Assembly (NCBI RefSeq): GCF_006345805.1
Contig: NC_043006.1
Span: 61,752,001 to 61,816,000 of the forward strand
Reading direction: 5' to 3'
DNA: 64,000 nucleotides
DNA from: Octopus sinensis
Taxonomy: Eukaryota
This document shows, piece after piece, positions 36,620-49,377 of this stretch. The translations under genes were made by a program, and so were the position numbers. The notes beneath the pieces are model-generated. The model made no database searches, was not told where the DNA came from, and was given only the letters and a program-made list of their open reading frames with translations. Numbering within the stretch: the first letter of the stretch is position 1; the number at the start of each line of letters is the position of its first letter.

Positions 36620-36805
36620 TGTGTGTGTGTCTGAGTTTGTTTCTACTACCGCTTGATAACCGATGTTGTGTTTACATTCTTGTAACTAGTGGTTCGGAAA
36701 AAGTGACAGATAGAATAGGTACCAGGTTTGACAAAAAAGTAAGTACTGAGCTGAATTCAGCGACATGGCCGCAGTCTAATGACTGAAACAAGTAAAGGAT
36801 AAAAA
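36620..36805 (+). mobile_element. 3' half of a microsatellite-containing SINE (third family)
   Basis: CGCTTGATAACCGATG...GGTTCGG...CATGGCCGCAGTCTAATGACTGAAACAAGTAAA. Confidence 0.75.
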
Positions 36806-36806
36806 T

Positions 36807-36915
36807 CCATCCATCCTTGCATCGATCCATAAACCCGCCCATCCTTCAAACCATCCATACATCCACCCATCCATCTATTCATCCATGCATCCATCCATGC
36901 ATCCACCCATCCATC
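36807..36915. repeat. Imperfect (CATC)n tetranucleotide repeat
   Basis: Direct inspection. Confidence 0.85.
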
Positions 36916-38199
36916 TGCACTATTTATTCATAAGTAAAATCGAAAATAAACACAGCAGTTATTATACTAGAATATACACACGCTCACCTACGTCCACACA
37001 AAATATACACGTTTTACCACACATGCATTAAGAAGTGCAACAGTTTCAATCCGATCAAGACATGCTAACTTTCTGATGTACAATAATTTAACGTTTTGCA
37101 ATGCAAAAGCAGTCAGATATTTCGCGGATATGATATTCAATGTCTGATTAAACAGTTTCAAAAAACATTTAATAGAGATGAAAAAATAATTGCTGACTGC
37201 AATGATTTGAGGATAGTAATATCAATTCTAAATTAGTAGTAGTAGTAGAAATAATGGTGGTGGTGGTGGTGGCCGTGGTAGTAGTAGTAGTAGTAGTAGT
37301 AGTAGATCATTTTTATGATATTTGTAGATAATGTTGCTGAAATGGCCAGTTGAATGTTACAAGATGTTTATAGATATTCCAGTAGCAATCACCAATGACA
37401 TTCCTTATTTATCTATGATAAAAGTTTGTCAGGTACAGTGCTAAGTAGCTATAACATATTGGATATTACTGAAATTCACCAAAATTATTATGAAGAGGAA
37501 AATCGATAAAACAAAAAGTACGGCAGACTAAACATAATGGTTTCTTATACAATCATGCGAATATTTGCTTGAGAATTTGTGATCATTGAAGGATATGGAA
37601 TTTCAAATGTTAAATATATTTTTCTGTTGAAATATATTTTACGGATCAGTGATTACTGAATGAAGAGTGTCAAATATAAATAACACAACTTATAAAGTGG
37701 AAACTTACGCTGAAAAATTATTTTGAATCAAAGGAGATATGAAATTAAAGTTTCAATAAAACATATTCGAATTAACGAAGCTGTTGTGGAGCAGATTTTC
37801 ACGTAATAATTTATTATAATATTTTAACATTTTCTAAACAGTAAACAGCTGCAAACATATACGAATTTATCGTAATGTATAGTACTTAGAAATTAAGAAA
37901 TGCATCATGCAATTATTTGATGTGAGGGAATTGAAGATAATAAACGCTGATGGACAATGAAGAAGTATGTGAATAGTGTTGTGAGCATGTGTAGCATTTG
38001 AATTTCATCTTATAAGATTTCTGTGCACGTAATTATACGTATCTATTCAGGGGTATATTGGTACGAATCTATTCAGAGATATGGAGCTAAGCTCATATAT
38101 AACGGGAAGCCTTATGAAAATAAACAAAAGACGAAGGCAGGTGGAATACAAACAAACAATTGTATTAGTATGACGCTCAGGAATATAAATAAAACAAGT

Positions 38200-38235
38200 C
38201 TTTTACGTTTCGAGCCTACGCTCTTCAACAGAAAG
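38200..38235 (-). ncRNA. Minimal type I hammerhead motif with non-canonical core CUGUUGA
   Basis: Minus strand: CTTT-CTGTTGA-A-GAGC-gtag-GCTC-GAAA-CG-TA-AAAG; perfect 4-bp stems I and II and palindromic ACGT stem III. Confidence 0.6.
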
Positions 38236-38399
38236 TTACACAAAAAAGAAACAAGGAGAGAAAAAAAATCCGTGCAGAAGCTAGCGAATCTGGATATATG
38301 TATATACATACACATATATACACAACCTATGCCACCCACAGATATGTAACTATTTCCCAACTTCCGGCGACCAAACTTACTCCTTTGCTTGCACTCGAC

Positions 38400-38640
38400 A
38401 ACGCTTCCGTCTCCCCTTTTCCCATTATCAAAATTTTCATTTCCAACTCTAGTAAACTCATTTACTGCATCCCCTTTCTCTTTTCCACTATTCGTACATG
38501 GAATGAAGTCGTTGGCGTCTGGCCGATAATTTTGCCGAAACTCAGACTCGATAATGGCGGCCCCTTCTTGCATCATAAATTTTCTGGCTCCATATTTCAG
38601 AACCTCAAGGTGTAGTTTCTCCAACGCTTTTCATTTTCAC
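38400..38640 (+). pseudogene. Decayed PLE GIY-YIG endonuclease fragment
   Basis: SNSSKLIYCIP resembles the PLE TCxSxNxIYCIxC motif; lies next to a hammerhead motif. Confidence 0.45.
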
Positions 38641-40779
38641 CTCTCTTTCACTCGCACACCCTCACTACCCGCCACTTATATTCCCACTGTGCCCTCAACT
38701 TCTTCTCACCTCCACACATTCATACTACACTGTCACCACCCAGTAACACACAAACCATTTACTATCATTTACTGTCAAGCATAATACACTCACATACACA
38801 TACACACACACGCTCTTAAACAAACATACGCTTGCTCAAACACATATGTCGGGTAGTCTCCTAAATGAACATAAGTCAGATGGCCTTACACATCTCACAC
38901 ATAATCAGAAATCAGGGACACGTGTAAACACACGTATACACACGCACAAATACGCAGTATATATACACGAAGCCATCAGCTTTATGCATACATCTCCGGT
39001 TGCTAACACACACGCATACATACACACAGACACACACGCGCACACACACGCACTCATGTCAAGTTGTGAGTTACCCGCCTTGGCACCTACTCTCCAGGTC
39101 AACTCGCGCATCTGTACCCCCTGAAACTCTTAGCTCTAGCAACCGCTTCCTCTTTCGGTCATTTCTGCTTGAAGTGATCGTCTAATTGAGACACATTTGT
39201 ACTTCTCTGTCGCCAATATTTTCTCTCCACGTCTATTCGTTATATACGAAAGTGTACGTTCGAAACTTAAACATCTTTTCTTTCTACTTTCCTATTGTAT
39301 ATACCTAATGCACTGTGTCTTTTTACCTCGGCTCCATGATTTTCTTCATTCTTTCACCAAATACATTTTTGTATGCATCTATATATATATATATATATAT
39401 ATGCGCGCACACAAACACATACACATCACACACAAACTCACACACACACACTCACACTCTCACATGTATACTTACACACACGCGCATATAGATCGATGGA
39501 TGGAAGGATAGATGAATGTATACATGGATGCATATATGCATGTGTGTTTCTCCATTTAGTCATATCATGATTTTATTCTAAAGGAAGGGGAATGATCAGA
39601 GCATGACATTGATTCTCTGGCGGTTTCAATAATTGCACAGTTAATATTGTAGCAATCATCGGTTAAAATGGGCCCCATATAATAAAATTAAGTATATAAA
39701 CGTGCTTAGAATTTCGTAAATGGCAGATAGAGCACTAATGTCAGTAGCTGTTTGATCATTCGATCTATTGCCGTTCGTTAATAGCAGTAATATAAAACAT
39801 GCTCGGTGTATGTTAAATAAGCGATGGTTGAGTGAACGCTAGTATTTAGTATTCGCAGAGTATTCTATATTACCCCGGATATAAATATATATAGAAGTAA
39901 AACACAACGATATTGATACCATATTAACTATATTATAGTAAATACCAATCAAGTAGATAAAAACAATGTTAAACTTATCAAGTAAAAGTTTGGTATAATT
40001 ATGATGAATGAAATCACCATAAAATATTTATTACTTAATTCACTTTCCATTAATACTTTCAACTATGTAGATTAATCCACCATTGATCAATGTTGATTTG
40101 ACGTGCATTGTTTTATTTATATTGCTTTTCAAAACGTCTAGATGACAAGAATATATTTGTCTCTACTAAATGCAGAAGGCGAAGCGTACTACTGCATATG
40201 TTATAGTTTTTCTAATGATATTAGTTTCTAATTTTATGACTTATTCTATGGAGTCTGTCAAATTTCATTCGATATTATACTAACGAAAATTCTTCAAATA
40301 CAATTAGATATGAACTGTCTCATTTTTACATGAAATTGATCAACAAAATATAAATTGATTGATGTTATCTGACAAAGATGAATAATTCTTAAGAAAGGGG
40401 AACATATGCTACAGTATATGTTCCGACTTAATATGGAATAAAGAAATTATGCGAAAGTTTCGTGAATGCAAAATATATCTGATGTTTGTATACTTGACGT
40501 TTCATATACATTAAAATTGGTAGAGTGACACACTAAGATGTACTATTCCCTATATATATATGTATCAATTATAAAGCTAATAATCATCTATTCTAAAAGA
40601 AACTTATAGGACTAAAACTTATTTAAAGGTGTATTATATATGTCCACATCATTGCCATGCTTGGTTTATTTCTTATATTAATCTACACATCTACATGTCT
40701 AGAGGTCACAACAGAATGTATTATTGGTAGATAACATGAAACAGACACGAGTCCTTTGCCGAAGTGTTTCATCAGAAGC

Positions 40780-41040
40780 TTATGTCGAGAAATATCTATT
40801 TGAAACGAGGATATTTTTCACCACATGCTGGGAACTTTCATGCAACACTTTTGAAATGCCAGCGAAATGTCGGGGCCAGCGAATACTTAAAGGAATTCTG
40901 TGATCTATTGTATTGTGTCTGCTCAAATTATGCGTGTAGGTATGATTGTCTTTGCAAAACTTAGCTATTTCATATGCTTTTTCCTTCAAAAGTTTATATT
41001 AAGAGCAATTCGTTTAACATAATGGAAGCTATTATTCAAC
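40780..41040 (-). mobile_element. Inverted partial copy of the PLE region at 42380-42620
   Basis: Reverse complement of 40799-40872 closely matches 42537-42611; ORF 40780..40989 reads RIPLSIRWPRHFAGISKVLHESSQHVVK versus RIPLVISWQRHFAGISKVLHESYQHVAK. Confidence 0.85.
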
Positions 41041-41213
41041 ACTATCGTTCAATATTAAGGAGATTTCGAGTGTCATTGAAAATGTATGTTCTAAAAATCG
41101 TTTGGACATTTTGTGCAACTGTTTGATGAACTTGAAATGGAAATATCGGCCCTGAAGACAAAAACAAAAAAGAAAAGAAGCTGAAAAAGCCGAATTCCCA
41201 TTCCTCTGAGCCA

Positions 41214-42790
41214 GTGAGCAAAGGAACATTTTGCTTTAGAAGATTTGCTTTGAAATATGGGGCGAAGTCGTTTTTGCTTTCAGGACAAATGCTATGTAAT
41301 AAACTCATTGATGCCGGGTTGAAAATCGTAACTGAAAATTTTCTAGGAATTCCGATACAACCAACCAGTTTTTCTCACACTGAATTTCTAAAATACAATC
41401 CACACCGCACACTGCTCATTCATCACACCAGGAACAATCATTTTCTTTTCTCAACCAATTTTTTCGGAGATGTTTATATTTATGTCAGTTTGAATTTACC
41501 AGTTTCGTGGGAACTAATGACACAAATAACAACGTTGTATTCACTACAAACAAACATTATGCCTACAATTCAACAAGTTCATATAATTAATCCTCAAGTT
41601 AGCGTATATGATGGTGGCCTTTTTGCCCTGGCATATGCATTTGAACTGGTAACTAGAAACGCTCCAGAGACCACATTTAAAATTTAGCTTCAAAAACAAT
41701 AAATGTGTTTTTTCCCGAAAGTAAAGGTTTTTCAAATGTCTACAAAAACCACAGAAGTCACTCACTTCCTATCACTCACCCAGAAATGGATTACCCCTAG
41801 AAAGGCGACTAAAAATTATAACTTCTCACATGAACACTCAGAACAAATTTTATTACCCGATAGGTTCCGTGTTTTAAGTGAAGATTTCGAGCAAAGCCCA
41901 AAAAGTAGTCAGAAAAAGACTCTGAAAACCGCTTGCTCGAGAAAAAACCCCATCACACTAGAGAATATGTCGGTCAGATACTTATCTAAGCTAAAACTTT
42001 CGCCCGACGATGTCTCAGTCTCAGAGCTTGGACTCTGTTTATGACTAAGCATTAAGAATTTCAATAAGAATAAACTAACTCAAGGGCTATTTCAGTTTGT
42101 CCGCCGTCACAAGCTGAAAGAATATTTTTTTGAAAACACTGGTAACGCGGAGTCAGAAAACCCTATGATTACTAAAAATAAAAATGATTATGATCGAATC
42201 TGGCATAATTGGGTTGAAAATAATCCCAATTGGTATCCAGATTAAGTTCGTGATGGAAGTTCACAAGCACTACTGGAACTTCTTGAATCTTGGTTGGCAG
42301 GCATTAGAGAAAGCCTTAAAACAAGTAGAAAGAAGTCCTGGAATAATTTTGTGGATTAGTGGAAGCATGCAAATGCTTTTGTATATCATTATGTCAAACG
42401 CGGTTACAGTGAACAACGATTAAAAGAAATAACAAATGAATTAGCTAAGATTAGCAAAGAAAGTCATACTTAACCACATAACTTTAGCAAACATAATACA
42501 AGAGATGACAGAATTCCTTTAGTGATTAGTTGGCAGCGACATTTCGCTGGCATTTCAAAAGTGTTGCATGAAAGTTACCAGCATGTGGCGAAAAAATATC
42601 CTCGTTTCAAACAGTTATTTCCTCAGCCGCCTATTGTAGCCTTTAGCCGGAATAAGAATATAAATGAATTATTGATCTCTATTGTTGATCCCAAGAATAC
42701 CTGTACCTTAATGAACAGCCGCAAGAGAGGTAAACCCTGTTCATTGTGCAACAATATTGATGACAAATATCCGTCAATTGTAAATAATGT
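41214..42790 (+). pseudogene. Penelope-like element with an N-terminal Ulp1/C48-like cysteine protease domain; RT core deleted
   Basis: One frame with 6 internal stops. Protease-like part: IHHTRNNHF...YIYVSL...PQVSVYDGGLFALAYA. PLE N-terminus: YLSKLKLS...ELGL, FVRRHKLKEYFF, KSWNNF. Then KRGY, RIPLVISW, PIVAFSRNKNINELL and CSLC. Confidence 0.7.
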
Positions 42791-42799
42791 AAATAGGGC

Positions 42800-43800
42800 T
42801 TCACTATTGTACCTAGCAAATAAGAATCTTACTTCTCAGTTGACAGTCCAGCAACCCACTACGCTTTCATTTGCGATTCGTAGATAGATTTTGTGTAATT
42901 GTAGATAAGGTTTTGGAGATGTACTACAGAGGAATTATTTTGTCAATTAAGTGGTCTCTCTATCAAATATTTTTTTTCTGTTAGGTTGATATTGGTTTTG
43001 TAGTTGTCTACCACTAGCAATCTGCATTTTACAATGTAGATACTGATAAGGTTCAAAACAGCTGTGTCATAAAATTTCTCTACATTTGTAGAAGTTTCGC
43101 CTCACTTATAACTGTATACCAGAGTTTGAAGACCACACATAGTGAATAGTTATATATAATATTTGGAACTCTTACCGGACACGTACTTCTCAGGTATCAC
43201 TCTTTCTCTAAATTTGTCCATTGTCTCATTAACAATTCGAAAATCCACCAGATACCTGGATATCGCTTGATTCCATTTACTAATTTCCCTAACAAGTACC
43301 CTTAACTTATGTTGCCTTTCACTTTAATCCACCGTTTCATTGTTGCTAAAATGAATTACCCTAGGCAACAACTGAATTCTTTCTCTTGATATAACTTGGA
43401 GAACTACAGTGTTGCTTTAAAGTGTAAGGATATCTTGTCTTGTGATTTCTTCTGTAAACCTTACTTTACAGTTACCACTTCTAAGTTTGTTTGTCAGATC
43501 AATTCGTGTTCAATACGATATACTCCAGAAAATTTTCATCAACTAAATTTTGTTAAATATCTGTCGGTGTTGGTCCTCCAGATCGTCTTTTTCTTTGATA
43601 CATTTGAAATATTCCCGCCAGAGGCTTCTACGTGTTACTGAGCAGCATATACAAAAGTTTATTAGATATTAAAGATGTTGGTAATTTCAAAATCGCTGTG
43701 TTCCTCATATATGGCAACAATCTCTGCTTGTCTTTTACTTCTTTGGTTAGCCGTTTATCTTCCTTGTCACTAATAATGAATTGTACCCAATCCGTGAGTG
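42800..43800 (-). pseudogene. Very decayed R4/Dong-like fragment
   Basis: YQYLHCK...QYQP (compare GQYLHW...WYNHHP) and GLSTEK*DSYLLGT near the 3' end; weak remnants upstream. Confidence 0.4.
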
Positions 43801-44099
43801 ATTTGTTCATCACCACTTGTGTATATTAGTTTATGCTAAATTGCTCTACGTATATGGTCGCTAATTAAATTTGCTACTTATGCCAGTAAAGTGAGTAGAA
43901 ATCGAGATTTGGTAATTACCTACAGTCGCTGGTCATTCTTCGTTTCTTACTAATATGTTTTTTTGAATTGTAGTACTATGTCTATATGAGGGGTTGAACG
44001 TTGGTTCTATGTCAGTGTGTGTATATATGAAATTTTGCGTAATAAGATAAAAACCTAAGGCTGTGTAGATATTAGAGAGTTAGTTTAGATGTGATACAA

Positions 44100-45790
44100 A
44101 ATATAGCGTGAGATGGAGAAAAGAAACAAGTTGCAAGATATGTATGGATATTGAAGTTGTAAATCCAGTTTTTAGGCATAAGGGTATATATGCAATATTC
44201 CAATATCCTATGAGTAAAGTCCAAAAGTCCAACTGAGTTTAAAATGGATCCTTCCAAATATAGAGTTTATAAGCAATATAAGATTCACTTATGATCGACA
44301 TCCAGTAGATTTTGTCTTATCCCTGCTTGAACAGCTTCTTTCATTTTGTGGTTTTTGTGTGTTGTGTGCCAGTATATTTTAAAAATTAATAGTTGAGCTG
44401 AAACTGATTTTACAGTTAAGTGTATTGAAGAGCTTTCTTTAACTATGTTTGACTGGAAAATGTCTATCTATCAGTGCTGAGAAATACTTACCTATATTAA
44501 AGGCCACTTCGAGAGAGTAGCGGGGTGGGGACCACATGATTTTCCTATTCCTATGTTACCTTTTCTTTATTATTGGCCTGTGACAGGTGTATAGGTTATT
44601 TCCTCGCTAAATCCACTATCTTTTAGAGCCTTATTATATACTGGGGCAACGCTGTTAAAAATGTCCCTATCGGAGGGGAGGCTAGAAATTATTTTGCTAA
44701 TGCTTTTAACTAAACTAGGCATCATCTTTGTGGATGGCGAAATATACGTCAGGAAAAGTCTTGCTCAACATATCGAATAGGTATAGTCGAAAGTACTTCT
44801 ATATCGGTAGTCTTGACGCACTCTCCGTTCTTACTAAAGATTAAAGTCTTTCTAGCATGGAAGATTATAACCTTATCTTGTGTACTAATTTCTATAAATT
44901 CGCTTGCGAAGGTGAGGGGATTATGTAGCAGTTCCTTAGAGATAGAGGCATAAAAATCGACAATATCGAATTGCGCAAATCTCGCTTTATTCTTATTCTT
45001 AATGCCTGTAAGCCAGTCAACGACTTCTATACTATTGGACCATTGTACTAACCTAGTAACATTTCTGACTTACGCATTGATTTTTCCTAAAATTTCTTTA
45101 CTAATAATACCAACTTCTGATTTAGCAGGGTAAATAAGCCTACATTTAAGATTAGATATGAAGTTCTTTTTATGGTCCTTAATGGTTATAAAGGCCTCTA
45201 TTTTTAGAAGGGCCCCTATCTTTTTTATCTAATTTAAGTCTGGCAGCGATAATGCTAACTTCTCTATTAATTTCGTTATAAATTTCTGGCCTAGCTTTGG
45301 TGTAATTATTGATGATGATGTTGTGTAAGAGTTGTAAATATGTGCTATTTTACACAAGGTATAAGTTCTTGGTTTTATCAGAAAAAGTGCCGTTTTTTCT
45401 TGGGGGGGGGGGTCTCTTTATGTATTTGATATATTTTTCAGTTTCTGTTGGAAAGTATTAAAATATTTACGAAATTTTATTTTGCTCATGCGCTTCCTTA
45501 GACCCTCTTCCAAGTCTTCCAAGCCTTCGATTTTTGGAAGGAATTTCCTTTATTCAATTCCATAGAATACGTTCTCTGTAGTATTCTCTTACATGTTGCA
45601 AAAGAAAGCTTTCCATCTCATACGCTTTATAGGGTCTGTAATTTTCTCCAAAATCTTCTTAGAGTATAATTCCCTGGATGGTATAGATATTTTTTCATAG
45701 AATAATCGATATTGTACGCGTCCATATTGATCTGTGGGGCAATGTCCTCAACCGATTTATGGCAATTTTCCAAAATAAGCTGCATTAGCT
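44100..45790 (-). pseudogene. Penelope/Poseidon-type PLE, decayed and internally deleted
   Basis: YSMKK.SIPS, KRMRWKAFF, SDKTKNLY (about 45360-45385), FITIKDHK, CRLIYPAKSEVG, FDIVDFYASI (44970-44941), YNKALKDSGF, RNRKIMW. The YxDD region appears deleted. Confidence 0.85.
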
Positions 45791-45929
45791 TTTACAGAAA
45801 AACAACGGTGTGGGGTAGGTAACTTATTAGTAATGGTAAGACAACAAAAGAATGCAAGAAACCTCGATATTATGTAAATACAGGAATTTATCTGTAATAT
45901 GTGACAATTATACGGTTACCATAATAAAA

Positions 45930-45983
45930 CTCAGAGTTTCGGATGTCGGGCGGAAACCTGCACCAGCATCTCTTCAGTGATGG
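45930..45983 (-). ncRNA. Hammerhead-like motif upstream of the PLE
   Basis: CATCA-CTGAAGA-GATG...CATC-C-GAAA-C-TC-TGA with an extendable stem II; same strand as the adjacent PLE. Confidence 0.5.
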
Positions 45984-46229
45984 AAGCAATCAAAATATGC
46001 TATGAAAATTACCGTTAACCAAAGGGAATTTACTATGTAATTGACCGTTATTAAGGGCTAAAACTGAAGGGGAAGGAAGTAAAAAGTAATGGAGTAACAA
46101 TGCTCATAGCAATCGCGTATGCGCTCATTGACATACAAACATCTGCGCGCACGCACACCCACGTGCATGTGCCTATATGCATATGCTCACTGACATTTTC
46201 ATAAAACAAGTACATGCCCGCCCAATCAT

Positions 46230-46740
46230 ACGCCAATAGATGCACATATATATATGCAACCATGCATGTACACTTATACATATCTTCACACACGCGCGCA
46301 AATACACACATGCACACACATATACGCGCACGGTTATATTCAAATACACGTCTAAATATACGCACATGCTATACGCTCAATCACACATGCGTGGAACACA
46401 TGTATGTACACCCACATATATATGCAACCATACACATGTACATAGACATGTACATATATATACATACCCGCACACACGCACACTCACACGTACGATGTAC
46501 ATATATGTATATCCGCACACACGTGCACATACCCATACGCGCACAGTTATATTCAAATGCACGTCTAAAATGCTTATATGCTATATATGCAAATGCCCAC
46601 TCATACTCGCATGGAGCACTCGCATATACACCCACGTATATATGCAAACATACACATGTACATATACATGTACATATATACATACTCGCACACACGCACA
46701 CACACACGCGCGCGCACAAAAATTTTCATATACACATTTA
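46230..46740. repeat. Degenerate tandem repeat (170-240 bp units) of alternating purine-pyrimidine sequence
   Basis: ATATATGCAA(C/A)CAT recurs three times; ACGCGCAC.GTTATATTCAAAT.CACGTCTAAA recurs twice. Confidence 0.75.
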
Positions 46741-46783
46741 TATACGCACATATACGTACAAGAAAAATGCAGGGTGAAAGGTA

Positions 46784-46815
<32 letters not shown>

Positions 46816-48033
46816 AATCTTTAGTTAAATATATTCAGTGAGAATATTATATACTGAATTTATATTGAGTGCTCAATTGTATCAAAGTATTTATACTATT
46901 AAAGTATTTATATATTAATACGAGCGATTATATACGTATATATTTTATTAATAATATATTATTATTAAAATTAGGAAATCAATATGATATACACGTGCGA
47001 AAATAATTGTTGCATTAAAATATATAAATAAATAAATAAAAATATATATAAAAATATATGTAAATATGTATAAGTATAAATGTATAATATATAAGACAGT
47101 TTAAACGTTTTGAACTAAGTATTTAAAGCATCTTACGATCGTTTCGCTGAGGAGTTGTCCCTATAATGAATTCCTATATTGATAAGTATTTATAGACAAC
47201 GCTTCTGTCATATACATTAGACATGTATACTTATACATACTTACATATATTTTATGCATATTCATATTTATTTATTTACATATTTTTAATATAACAATTA
47301 TTTTTCACACTTGTATATCTTTCTGAGGAGTTTTGATATTGATTTATTGATTTCCTAATATTAACAACAATATATTATAAAAAAAATATATGTGTTTGTG
47401 TGTGCACGCGCGTGCTTCCGTGTGTGTGTGTGTCCCCTAATTGAATTTAGAATGTAATTCTCGCTAAAATGCTTCCAGTATATTAATACAATTACCCTAA
47501 GGTTTTTAGTATTCTGCAGCATATAAACCAACAGATAATCATTTCTGAATAGAAACAGAAAACGAACATGTACCAAATACAGAATTACCGTGAAATGCAA
47601 GTTGCAACACTAATCAAAGATGTTCTTTGTTTTATTTTGCAAGTGGAACAAAATAAAATAATGAATATATTTGAAGTTGAAATACTTCATTTGTAGAACT
47701 AATGTCGTCCCATTATAACAGTCAAATTAATGCCAAGGCACATGCGATTCTCATAATAAAGAAAACTGAAAATGTTTCACAGTACAAGCACGTAAATTAC
47801 ATTGGGCTAAATATATTTCTTAATTACTTGTTCTATTCTGCCTCACAGTTGGGAATATAAATTATCCCACAAATATTTCTAAATTAGGTAATCGATTTGT
47901 TAGATATGTACTTATATATATATATTCCCAATAAACTAGGTGAAAAAATATATTCAGAATTGTGCATCGAAAAATGATAAATTTTTTAATGCATTTCAAT
48001 AAATATAACTGAAAGTTAGAGTCATGCACACAC

Positions 48034-48068
<35 letters not shown>

Positions 48069-48849
48069 CGTGTGTGTGTGTGCGTGCGTATATGTGTGTG
48101 TGTGTGTGTAGCCAATTACAATGAAGACTGATTAATACATCTGCATATTTTTTCTGTAGTTAAGGATACAGAATATTTGATTTGAATATGTCCCATTCGC
48201 GTTTCTGCTGCTTTGACACCTCATAAGTGTATCTGAAGCCAATTAGTTTTAATTCGTTATTAATCTAAGCAACTTTATTCAAGGTCCATCATTTCACGTA
48301 CACTGATACGAAGGACGTGTATGTAGGTTTAACTAGAATCACATATGGTAGATGGCTATAGATTTTGAGATCAATAAATGCGAGAGAAAGATTTGGTACC
48401 TGACATGGCTATTAACTTTGCTAGGAGTTTGACTCTATATTGAACACAAGTTTTGAATTTTTAATTGAAAATACTAGGCCTTTAATTATGTCAAATTAAA
48501 TCTTTTTTAAAAGTGCTGACCTTGACTGGATTAGAAATTAGTAAGTTTTGGATATTGAGTACAATTCCTGGTCAAATATGATTTAAATATATGTGATATG
48601 TAGAACATACTTGTGTGGCCAGTTCAAGGTTTTGTTTGTATAAAAATACATATACTTTCGTCGTCCAATATTTTTTGCAAGACTTTTCAAATACGCAGTT
48701 GCACACATTGAGAAGTCTGATTACTAATTCATAGAGGCAAACTAGATGTTACACCGACATTTACCATGTAAACTCAGGCACTTCCTAATTACCTGGCACT
48801 TACTTAATTAAGAAAAATTTCCTATGGAAGTATTTGAATGATATCTGTA

Positions 48850-49200
48850 AATATGTAGTCGTTTTAGGGCCTGCCTCTGCCTAGTATTAAGCAGCCGGTG
48901 TTTAGATGTGAAAATATGGAATATTTTTCTATGCATTATTTCCTCCAATTAGGCAAGGTTCTGCTATGCTGATTATTTCCCAGTCCATGTTAAAGTTAGC
49001 GTTTTCATCCATAAGGGACCAGATAAATATACTTAAGCTCGTGCTTTATATTTTTTCTATCATTAAATGAAGCCAAATGATTTGACAGTTTCGCCTTGAA
49101 ATTTGTCGAGAATGCCCCAATAAGAACGTGCGAAATTCCACCTGATGCAAACACTACATAAGTATGCTATATTTTCCTCACACTTTGAGCGCTTAGGGGG
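48850..49200 (-). pseudogene. PLE GIY-YIG endonuclease fragment
   Basis: TNFKAKLSNHLASFN, IWSLMDENANFNMDWEIISIAEP and LLNTRQ. Confidence 0.7.
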
Positions 49201-49282
49201 TAGATTTTATTGTAGCCACAACAAAGATTTGTTTTTTGCTTAATACTGATCACCTGTTTGTTAATTGTAACACAATCATTTT

Positions 49283-49283
49283 T

Positions 49284-49370
<87 letters not shown>

Positions 49371-49375
49371 CCACC
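49283..49375. repeat. (CAT)n microsatellite at the 3' end of R4 family 2 copy B
   Basis: Direct inspection. Confidence 0.95.
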
Positions 49376-49377
49376 AT

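Noticed and set aside
40735-40775. Minus-strand CTGATGA plus hairpin next to the inverted PLE copy
   Set aside because: No GAAA or UH follows the stem.
41685-42473. In-frame stops in the PLE as possible selenocysteine recoding (known for some Naiad PLEs)
   Set aside because: Only 1 of 6 stops is TGA; the rest are TAA or TAG, consistent with decay.
45402-45412. G11 run as a G-quadruplex
   Set aside because: A single homopolymer inside a decayed PLE, too short for a canonical three-tier G4.
47141-47210. CTGAGGA followed by a GTTGTC/GACAAC stem (hammerhead-like)
   Set aside because: The GAAA half of the core is missing.
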